Source: Octopus bimaculoides
Lineage: Eukaryota
Direction of reading: 5' to 3'
DNA length: 49,528 nt
Assembly (NCBI RefSeq): GCF_001194135.2
Contig: NC_068998.1
Location: 28,600,098 to 28,649,625 of the forward strand
Position numbers and translations under genes: made by a program. Below the pieces are notes generated by a model. The model was not told the origin of the DNA. It ran no database searches and worked only from the letters and a program-made list of their open reading frames with translations. Positions 11,914-21,921 of this stretch are shown here, in pieces. How positions within the stretch are numbered: position 1 is the first letter of the stretch; every line of letters starts with the position of its first letter.

Positions 11914-12082
11914 TGTGTCTGTGTTTGTCCCCCAACATCGCTTGACAACCGATGCTAGTGTATTTATGTCCCCGTAACTTAGCGGTTCAACAAAAGAGAA
12001 CGATGGAATAAGTACTAGGCTTGCAAAAAATAAGTCCTGGGGTCGATTTGCTTGACTAAAGGCAGTGCTCCAGCATGGCCAC
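11854..12082 (+). mobile_element. SINE 3' half (head presumably in gap), tail replaced by RTE insertion
   Basis: (TG)n, then tgtttgtcccccaacatcgcttgacaaccgatgc...gtgctccagcatggccacagt. Confidence 0.8.
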
Positions 12083-13355
12083 AGTAAAAGGCAGACTGTA
12101 TGACGCATGTGTACGAACAGCCATGCTACATGGCAGTGAAACATGGGCCGTGACTGCTGAGGACATGTGTAAGCTCACAAGGANNNNNNNNNNGAAACAT
12201 GGGCCGTGACTGCTGAGGACATGTGTAAGCTCACAAGGAATGAAGCCAGTATACTCCAATGGATGAGTAATGTCAGTGTGCATACTCGACAGAGTGTAAG
12301 TATCTTGAGAGAAAAGTTGAACATAAGAAGCATCAATTGTGGTGTGCAAGAGAAACGACTGCGCTGGTATGGACACGTGGTGAGAATAGATGAGGATAGC
12401 TGCATGAAAAAATGCCACACCCTAACGGTTGAGGGAACCCGTGGAAGAGGCAGGCCTAGGAAGACCTGGGATATGGTGGTGAAGCACGACCTCCGAACAT
12501 TAGGCCTCACCGAGGCAATGACTTGTGACTGTGACTTTTGGAAATATGCTGTGCGTGAGAAGACCCGGCAAGCCAAGTGAGACCAAAAATCCAAGGCCTC
12601 TGCCAGGGATGTAGCCAGCCCACTTACACGTAACATTCCTTCATTGGACACTAAACACCGCTTGCAAAGACATGGTGAGGCAAGTGAAATCGGAATCGAA
12701 CCAAATTTGTAGGAACACTAGACTCGGCTTGCGAAGACCTGTTGGGTCAAGCGAATTCGAGATGTCACCTGTACCAGTGTGACACGTAAATAGCACCAGC
12801 GTGATCGTTACCAACGTTGCCTTCCTAGCACTTGGGCCAGTGGCACGTGAAAAGACATTCATGCAAGATCGTTTGTTGTCTTCCTGGCACAAGTGCCAGT
12901 GGCACGTGAAAAGATATTCGAGCAAGATTGTTGCCAGAGACGATGGGCTGGCCCCTATGCAGATGACACGTAAAATACACCATTTCGAGCGTGGCTGTTG
13001 ATCGTTACCAACGTTTCCCCCTGGCACTTGTGCCAGTCGCATGTGAAAAGACATTTGAGCGAGATCGTTGCCAGTGCCGATGGACTGGCTCCTGTACAGG
13101 TGACACATAAAGCACACAATTTCGAGCGTGGCCGTTGCCAGTTCCGCCTGACTGGCCCTCATGCCGGTGGCACGTAAAACACCCACTACACTCTCGGAGT
13201 GGTTGGCGTTAGGAAGGGCATCCAGCTGTAGAAACTCTGCTAAATCAGATTGGAGCCTGGTGTCGCCTCCTGGTCCATCAGTCCTCAGTCAAATCGTCCA
13301 ACCCATGCTAGCATGGAAAGCGGACGTTAAACAATGACGATGATGATGATGATTA
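12083..13355 (+). mobile_element. 5'-truncated RTE-clade LINE (RT C-terminus, repeat-containing 3' UTR, (GAT)n tail)
   Basis: KGRLYDACVRTAMLHGSETWAVTAED...RLRWYGHVVR...EGTRGRGRPRKTW...REKTRQAK* (stop at 12580). 3' UTR has ~60-bp gccagt/actggc units and ends ccaacccatgctagcatggaaagcggacgttaaac-(gat)n. Confidence 0.92.
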
Positions 13356-13375
13356 TGATACATATATATATATGC

Positions 13376-13416
<41 letters not shown>

Positions 13417-13864
13417 NNNNNNNNNNNNNNNNNNNNNNNNNNNNNNNNNNNNNNNNNNNNNNNNNNNNNNNNNNNNNNNNNNNNNNNNNNNNNNNNNNNN
13501 NNNNNNNNNNNNNNNNNNNNNNNNNNNNNNNNNNNNNNNNNNNNNNNNNNNNNNNNNNNNNNNNNNNNNNNNNNNNNNNNNNNNNNNNNNNNNNNNNNNN
13601 NNNNNNNNNNNNNNNNNNNNNNNNNNNNNNNNNNNNNNNNNNNNNNNNNNNNNNNNNNNNNNNNNNNNNNNNNNNNNNNNNNNNNNNNNNNNNNNNNNNN
13701 NNNNNNNNNNNNNNNNNNNNNNNNNNNNNNNNNNNNNNNNNNNNNNNNNNNNNNNNNNNNNNNNNNNNNNNNNNNNNNNNNNNNNNNNNNNNNNNNNNNN
13801 NNNNNNNNNNNNNNNNNNNNNNNNNNNNNNNNAAATATATAAATATATATGCACATATATGTGC

Positions 13865-13917
<53 letters not shown>

Positions 13918-14013
13918 TAGATAGATAGATAGATAGATATATAGATAGATAGATAGATATGTAAATATATATACACATGTATGTATATATGTTAGTATAT
14001 ATTTTTATATATA

Positions 14014-14326
14014 GGCACATGCATGGCTGTGTGGTAAGAATCTGCTTCCCAACTAAATGGCTCCAGGTTGAGTCCCAATGCATGGTAATTAGGGCAAATG
14101 TCTTCTACTATAGCATTGTGAGAGAATTTAGTAGATAGAAACTGAAGGAAGCCCATCGCGTGCGTGCGTGTGTGTGTGTGTTTGTTCCTCACCACTGCTT
14201 GGTAATTGGTTCGTGTGCTTATGTCCGCATAACATAGCATTTTGGCAGAAAAGACCAAGAGAATAAGTACTGTGATCAATTCGTTTGACTAAAATTCCTC
14301 AAGGTGGTACCCCAGCATGGACACAT
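14014..14326 (+). mobile_element. tRNA-derived SINE (internally deleted)
   Basis: gcatggctgtgtggtaagaatctgcttccc head; cctcaaggtggtaccccagcatgg body. Confidence 0.8.
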
Positions 14327-14532
14327 CTAAAGCTGTGCTTCTCTGTTAGCTTGTCTGAGATCTTACTACACCTTGTCTCCATAGATTACTCTGAGTAAAC
14401 CCTATAGCTTTCCCATCTTCTCCTTTTCTCCTCTATTGAACATGGCCACCTTCTCAAAGGGAGGAGAGTCCTCTTGTCTTTCCTACTGACTAAAACTTTA
14501 GTCTTTGCTTGGATAGTTTTGAGGCAACTCAC

Positions 14533-14791
14533 CTCTAAGTTTTGCTTCCAAGTTTGGAATTTTTTGTCTAAATCTGTCTCTAATTAAACTATAAGAACTA
14601 GGTCTTTGACATACAAGAGTTCCCAAGGATAGCCAGTCTTTAATTTCTCTGTTATGACATGGAGGATTATAATAAACAGAAGTAGACTCAGAACTGAGCA
14701 CTGATGTACAACAACCTGCATGGCAAAATTTCTCCTTGAATTTGCTAACTTTCAGCTTGCTGATAGAGTGTGTAAGATTTTTAAAAGCCAT
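14533..14791 (-). CDS. Candidate antisense exon of unknown product (86 codons + 1 nt, strong donor)
   Basis: ATG at 14791, open through MAFKNLTHS...IPNLEAKLR, then G|gtgagt. Non-repetitive sequence, no recognisable motif. Confidence 0.25.
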
Positions 14792-16040
14792 TCATCTATC
14801 CTTAGTGAATGTACATGTATGCATTCATAGACACACACACGCACGCACACACACACGCACACGCACACACGCACACACACACACTCTCTCTCTTTCTCTT
14901 TGTTTCACACAAACATTTTTCAAAATTATAATCCAAGTTTATTTTATATTTAATTCTTTTTCACTTTTTCTCCCTCTTTCTCTTTATTATTCTGTCATAT
15001 GACTTTCATCTTTTTACCATCAAATTTTCTGTATCAATGTATCTCTGAGAAGAGAAAAACGTTTACCTTATTTGTTCCACTGTTTCAAAAGACATAAATG
15101 ACTGTCATTGCAGTATGCTTTTCAGATAAGTACTTTTGGATATCATAGTGGTGCACCTGATACATGCACAGATAAAAGGTGAAAACATCTATCACTAAAT
15201 TGAAAGATTTTCTGGTGCACTTAAAATTCATTCTGTATATTAAATGTGAGTACACATAATTCACATCTAACAAGAATACCTGAACTCATTAATGGTAAAC
15301 CACATCACAATCTAAACACACCCCCGCAAGCAGACAATTTTATGAAACCAGAAATACCTGTTAAAGGAAATGAAATTAAAACTGTAATCTAAAAATATAC
15401 TAAAACTTGCTGTTGAAGATGTTTTATTTATATAGCCTATATGTATTGAAAGACTTTATATAACCAATATGCTTTAAAACATTACAGTATAGCCATTTCC
15501 TGATATCAAGATACATGGAGTAAATTTTATAAAGTTTTATGATAAAACAACAGATTCTTTCATTTACACAACATGAAAATGCTCTTGGCTTTTTCTATTT
15601 TCTATTTTTATTCAGTCTTTTTTTTTTTATATTATTCCAAATTAAGTTGTAAAAGTTTCTCTTTAATTATGAAATGAGGACTGTGTTTTGGTCTGAATAG
15701 TCTTTGGGCCAAATCCAAATCAACATTTATGGTAGTTTATAAAAAAGCCATAACAAGAACCTTTAGCTGCAGCTTAGGAAAGATGTTACAAATTAAAATT
15801 TGCATTGCTTTAAAAATTGGAAACAAAAACTTTCTAAACCACAATAAGAGAAGTATTAATTTGTAGTCTGTGCATCATTAGAGAAAAATTTTATTTACAA
15901 AATATGAAATACAATAGTTTGATTTCACCAAAAGAAATATTTTGGATATATTGAAAAATCAAGTGTTGTAGGTGTTACATTGTTTTCGTCTAGGAGGCAT
16001 ACAACATATCCTGCATGTGTATGCACATGCACACACACAT

Positions 16041-16083
<43 letters not shown>

Positions 16084-16094
16084 CACACATACAC

Positions 16095-16150
<56 letters not shown>

Positions 16151-16429
16151 CCCATCTCTTCAGTAAATTCTAGTAATGTTTATACTTCAACTGTTATATG
16201 GAGAGATAATATTTGCAATAGTGTTGATAAAGATTTAAATTAATTCCACATTTGTGTTATTGATATAATGACTTTATTTCAGAAACTGAAAACATTAAGA
16301 CTTTAATAGTATTGAAAGATTAAAGTTAAGAAAATTCTGCAGCACATTTGTTTGGACACCTGAGTTGCAGTGCTTATAAACACTTGGGCATAAATACACT
16401 TTTAGAATAAAACGATGCAGACATGTGCA

Positions 16430-17320
16430 TAATATTCCTGTTGTGATTGCACTCTCTGAGTGTTCATGTAACAATTAAAGTAGTATTTTATGAGAATTTT
16501 ATTAAAATCAAGCATCAATATTTTTTGGACAGTGCCACTCAGCTTCAGTAGTCCCTTTCTTTCCAGTCATTTGCACTATTTGTTCATTGTATTGGACAAA
16601 CATGTTAATTTTTAGCATCTGTTTTCATTTCTATCAGTCTTCTTCAACCCTGGACTTCTCACCAGGTATTCCAATACACTTATTTTCATGTCTTACATCT
16701 ATTCCTTGACTGTTTTTGATACATGGATGCTGCAATTATTCTGCTGGTGGATAAAATTAATTCTTATTTCTTCTCTAATACAGGGTAAGGCTCTCATTTG
16801 CATCAGCTGGATGTAACCTGTGCTGTTCTGCATTCCTTTCAGTTGCTCTAACCAAAAATATCAACTTCAAAATATCATGTCCAAACTATTATTCTACCTC
16901 TACCCAACTTCCTTTTGTTCAGTATCACTGTTCACCTTTCCTTAACCAAAAGCACCAGCCATTGGGTCCATTGAACTTAAATCACTTCTTATCAGTTAAA
17001 ATTATTTTGGTGAAATCAACACAAGCAGTTAACCATAATTTTGCACTGTCTAACCTTGCCTTCTTATGTTTTTTGCTTAAATGAATTTTCCTCTTGGCCT
17101 TTCCAATTTCTCTCTGTGTTCTTTGAACTGTTCAAATATTTACATCTATCTCACATTTCTCTTTCACCTTCCATACAGTTACCTTTTCTCCAGCTGCCAG
17201 TACAAGGGACACAGTCATCTTCATTTGCCTTTATGTTTTCTTCCCCAGTGACTTTTTCCTTCCTCTTTTCTTCTTCTGGTTATAGTCATCCTTTTACAGT
17301 CATTCTTTAACAGATATTCT
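16430..17320 (-). mobile_element. Highly decayed Tc3/Tc1-like transposase remnant
   Basis: Minus strand reads KIILTDKK*FKFNGPNGWCFW (cf. IFSDEKKFNLDGPDG..YW) and HQQNNCSIHVSKTVKE...VLEYLVRSPGL (cf. FQQDNAxIH...WPxxSPDL). TIRs not found; boundaries approximate. Confidence 0.65.
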
Positions 17321-17889
17321 ACTGTAGATTTTGAAATTTGCAAATCAGCATCTATTTTCCTCAGCCTTAGGCCATCTTCTCTCTCTTTAAACTAAAGAAA
17401 CTATTTAATTTTACTGCACTTTCATACAGAAAAATAACTTTTCCCAAGTAAAGAAAGGTTTATTGGAGGATAGTACATATTGGACTACTGCATACTGCCT
17501 TCTCATTAAAAGATTTGCATAAAAATGTTTGAAGGGATTGTCCAAGGTGATGCTAAAGTAAGCATTCTCTTATATCCAAAAAATAATGTCGCATAATTTA
17601 TATCAAAACATGCAAAAGGTGCTCACAGTAGATTAAACACTGAAACAAGCATCTTACTTTCAGTCAATTCAAAGTTCACAAGTATGTGCTTTACTACTGT
17701 AAGTAGCTCCATGAAATAAACTTCTTAGAAGTAAAATTTCTCAAGTGTCTCAAAAAATTGCTAATCCCCGCCATAGTTTATAACTACAAACAAACTGGTG
17801 TTCAAGGTGATACTGTGATTAGCCAAGGATTGAATATTATTAATTTGTTCCATATAAAATATGAAGTTTACTAGTGAACAGATATAAAT

Positions 17890-17927
17890 ATGATATTAAA
17901 CTGGCGTCCAACTATGATGAGATTGTG
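17890..17927 (+). CDS. Candidate alternative first coding exon (MILNWRPTMMRL + TG, phase 2)
   Basis: ATG preceded by in-frame TAG TGA; ends TTG TG|gtgagt. Same phase and junction dinucleotide as the PDE4-like exon. No homology recognised. Confidence 0.3.
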
Positions 17928-18309
17928 GTGAGTTTCTTTCTTTTAAAGTATAAGCAAAGGACTGAAATAAAGCAGAAATGTGAGTTGTTTATACAAGTTT
18001 TTGTCTTGAATATTGTGTGGAAATGGTAATATGATTCTTTCAAGAGATTTCAGTTACTAAAAGAGGTGTAAAATTCAGATTCAAGTAAATATAGTTGCTA
18101 TGGTTGGTAAAGGCGTGAAATTTCAAGTTGTGTAAATGTGATTTCGTAATAACAAAAGGGAATTGTTTCTTTATCTTGTTGCTATGCAAAAAGAAATCAC
18201 TATTTTTGATTACGGAATGAAATAAGATGTATGTATATGCGAGTGTGTATATATGTATATATTAGTAGGGATGTATGTTTTTCCTTTAAATTATGTGACA
18301 ATGTAGGAT

Positions 18310-18600
18310 AGCTCTCCATCGAAGCTAAAACCAGTAACTTGTGCTGTATGGGCATCAGCTGAGATAGCTCACATGGAGTGTACATGTCTGACTTGAATCT
18401 TCCCTATAGAATCCTTTATGCACAGCTACATCATGGTCGGTACCTGACTGAAGAACAAAAAAACTAGTTCAGAGACCAACTGATGACCATTTTAATGAAG
18501 AGCATCTTCTTCAAGAATAGAAGGCATCACTATTTGCTGCTCAGTTTTGTGGTCTCTTTGATAGTAGGAGGATTGAAAATGTGTAGAAGAAATGCTTTCA
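18310..18600 (+). mobile_element. RTE/BovB-like LINE RT C-terminal fragment
   Basis: LSIEAK...VYMSDLNLPYRILYAQLHHGRYLTEEQKN*FRDQL, compared with RMxDxRLPKxILYxELxxGxRxxGGQKKRFKDxL. Confidence 0.7.
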
Positions 18601-18654
18601 GCATCATGAAGGGAAGCTAAAATAGGTCCTTATACACAGAATTACACTTGACCT

Positions 18655-18915
18655 CTGTTGGTTAATGATGAGGGTTCCAGTTGAGCTGATCAACAATCGT
18701 GAAATTGATGTGCATTCCACAGACATGTACCCTTAATAAAGTTGTCAGAGAGATTCAGCATGACACAGAATATCACAAGGCCAGCCTTGTGATATAAAAC
18801 AATAACCGGTACTCAATTTATCAACCTTGAAAGGCTGGAAAACAAAGTCGACTTTGGTGGAATTTGAACTCAGAACATAGCGACGAGCGAAATACCACTA
18901 AGCATTTTGTCCATT
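18655..18915 (-). mobile_element. SINE fragment, reverse orientation
   Basis: aaagtcgactttggtggaatttgaactcagaac...gaaataccactaagcatttt (reverse tRNA-like head). Body is homologous to the reverse complement of 36029-36342. Confidence 0.7.
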
Positions 18916-19021
18916 CATGTTGATTCATAATTCAAGGACCAGACAAAGTTATTTTACTAAATTTGTTATTATTTTAGATATTAATTCAAACAAAGACAGT
19001 CAAGATAGATATAATGAAATG

Positions 19022-21160
19022 GTTCATCATCATCATCATTTGGTATGAGTTGGGTAGTTTGACAGGACCCAATTGGTCTTAGGACTGCATTATGCTCCAG
19101 TGTCTGCTTTGGCATAGTTTCTATGGCTGAATGTCCTTCCTAACACTACTTTACAGTGTGTAGTGAGTGCTTTTCTCATGCTACTAGCACCAGTCAGGTT
19201 GTCATGCAGCAGGCAGCTTACAAAATCTGACAGGAGGAGCTTTATGCTAGAAGATGAGGGTTATGTATAAGACAAGGGATGGGGCATGGCAGGTTCTTGT
19301 ACCTGTGTAGCTCCTCTACAGAAGAGCTGTAACTACTAACATTTAGGAGAGAGTGAGAAATGAATCAGTAGTAGTTGGAAAGAGATAGTGTTGGGTAGGC
19401 TACAGGAACTGGGGGAGGGGGAGTCAGGTGTAGTGCATGATGGGAGATAACTCAATGGTCCAGTGTGGGGATGGAGAATGGGGGTGGGGATGGATATCAA
19501 TATAATGAACAAGTGTAGAGAACTATTAGTGAATGAAGAATAGTTAACAAGAGAAAATGGCTCTGGATAGTAAGAAAGAAAATATGGGGATAGGAAGAAC
19601 AGGGAGATGTGGTAGGAGAGATGTGGGTAGGGGTCAATAGGAAGAGAAGATAGGCGAGGTGTTCATTTTTGCATATATATATGTACCTACACAGTATTTC
19701 CAAAAGTCAGTTTTGTCTTCTCATGACCTATCAGCAGATATTCTGGCCCTTTGTCATTTCTTCAGTGAGGATCAGAGTCCTGAAATCGGCCTTCATCTTT
19801 TCATCCTATGTCTTCTTGGATCTTCCTCATCTGCAAACTCCAGCCATGTTAAATGATCAGCACTTCCTTATACAGTAAGTCCTCATCCAGATGCAACATG
19901 TTCATATCAGTACAATTTTCTTTCTCTCTCACTACATCAAATATCTCTTATGCTGAATTTGTCTCTCAGCACATTTATATATTCATGCTTGCATTGCACA
20001 TCCAGGAGCATGCTTGCTTCATTTTTTATCAGTCTTCTAATGTTCTCTGATTTTAGTGACCATGTCTCACACACCATGCAACGTTGCAGTTCTAACTCAA
20101 GCATTATACAATCTGCCTTTCACTCTGTGGGGAAAGACCTTTGCTGCCAGCAGCTGTAATAGCTCCCTAAACTTTTCCTAACCTCTTCTTACTTCGACTA
20201 CTATACTTTCAGAACAATCACCTCCCTTGCTGATTACATCTCCAAGGTAGAAAAAGCTATCAACTATTTCTAGTAAGCAATCCAGGTATTCAAAGGAGCC
20301 CTTTTCTGGTTTGTTTGAAGAGTGTACCCCTCCAGTGCGTCTATCACTTATGAAGTTTGTGTTCTCTGTTAGTCTACCTTTGATTTTGCTACATTGCTTG
20401 TATATCTGTAACTTACACTGAATACAGCATATGGATTTTATACCTACACCTTTTTATGCATATTGAGCAAGGTCATTTCCTGCCTTCCTCCATACTTACT
20501 AAGACCTTCATTTTTGTTAAGTTTATCTTAAGAGCTTTCAATTCTAGGCTTAGCTTCTCTACCTAAAGTTCCCTCTCTGATTCCCCAGAGTCAGTCAGAG
20601 TTCCCATGGACAGCCATCTCAAACTTCTCTGTGGTGGCCTGTAGAACTATGATGAGTAGAAGGGATTGAGGACTGAGCTTTAACAGACTCTAACACTCAT
20701 GCTATATTCCTTACTGAGGTCATTGTTGACTGTCACTGTACTTCCTGTCTTTGTACATAGCTTGTACAGTTCTCAAACTATTTGTCAATGCCTAATTTTC
20801 TTCGTCTAGTTACTGTAAGTAATACTCTGTCAAATGATTTCTCCAAGTTAGCAAAGGCCAGAAATTATTTTTACTCTTAACTAAGTATTCCTGCTGTTGC
20901 CTCACTAGAAAAATTGCATTTGTGACATCGCTTCCAGGTACAAAACCAAACTGTGTCTCACCTATGTCTATCCTGTCATGCACCAATTGTCTAATGACTC
21001 TTTCTGTGACCTTTGCTACCTGATCCAGTAATTTGATTCTCCTATAACTACTTCTCTCTAATGCATCTAGTTTGCCTTTGTAGTTGTTTATGATGATACT
21101 ACTATGCCAGTCATTGGGTTTAACTCCTTGATTAACTGTCCAAGTGGTGATCCTGAATAC
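19022..21160 (-). mobile_element. Decayed RTE-clade LINE, reverse orientation
   Basis: ORF-track piece ...PNDWHSSIIINNYKGKLDALERSSYRRIKLLDQVAKVTERVI...QFGFVPGSDVTNAIFLVRQQQE; further RT fragments continue to DFWKY at ~19690; (CAT)n tail complement at 19022-19040. Confidence 0.85.
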
Positions 21161-21232
21161 TTCCTCACTGGATGTTTTGAACATGTATGTGAGCATATAT
21201 AATGTGTGTGTGTGTGTGTGCATATATAGTAT

Positions 21233-21281
<49 letters not shown>

Positions 21282-21871
21282 ACTTATCATCATCATCATC
21301 ATCATTTAATGTTCACTTTCCCATGCCTGTATGGGTTAGATGGAATTTGTTGATGCAGATTTTTCTATGATCAGATATATCCTTCCTGTTACCATCCCGT
21401 GCCTGTTTTGAAGTAAGTTAATATTTTTCCAAAACTAGACGTATTTTTCACAGAAGACTTGAAATAACCAATCTAGCTTTTATGCTAATGATGCTCATTT
21501 ACAGCTATCATGTGACGTCCAGACAAGAGAACATACAAATATACATAATGTAAACAGAGAGAGAGAGCGAGAGAACTGGGTTCTTTCAGTTTCTATTTAC
21601 CAAATCCACTCACAAGGCTTTATTAGCCCAGAGCTATAAGAAAAGATACTTGCCTAAGGTGCTATTTAGTTGGGAAGCAAGCTTCTGTACACAGTCGCTC
21701 CTGCACTTGCTCTGTGTGTGAATGTGTGTGCTTGCGTGTACAAGTGAAAGCTGGAAATATTTTGGTATTGATCAGTGTATTTTAAAATTACACAAATCTT
21801 TTCCTTTTCTTAAACAAAATTGTCAAAATTCAGTCAACAAGACGGGAACAATACATGTAAAATGTCTGTAT

Positions 21872-21921
21872 ATGTTTGCTTCTCTCCTTAAGCAGTCAAA
21901 AAGACAAGTATTGCTCGGAAG
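21872..21921 (+). CDS. Candidate alternative first coding exon (MFASLLKQSKRQVLLG + AG, phase 2)
   Basis: ATG to GGA AG|gtaaaa. Several CpGs retained nearby. Alternatively an internal 26/29-nt exon after the ctccttaag(cag) acceptor. Confidence 0.3.

Noticed and set aside
12139-12238. 45-bp direct repeat gaaacatgggccgtgactgctgaggacatgtgtaagctcacaagga
   Set aside because: The copies are identical and sit on either side of a 10-N gap; this is a contig-overlap artefact.
11170-14083. Long ORFs of 150-300 aa in the track
   Set aside because: They span N-gaps and microsatellites and are not real coding sequence.
17513-17679. Phase-0 mini-exons ICIKMFEGIVQGDAK (17513-17557) and SIQSSQ
   Set aside because: Plausible splice sites but no recognisable product; the QGD motif could equally be a decayed RT remnant.
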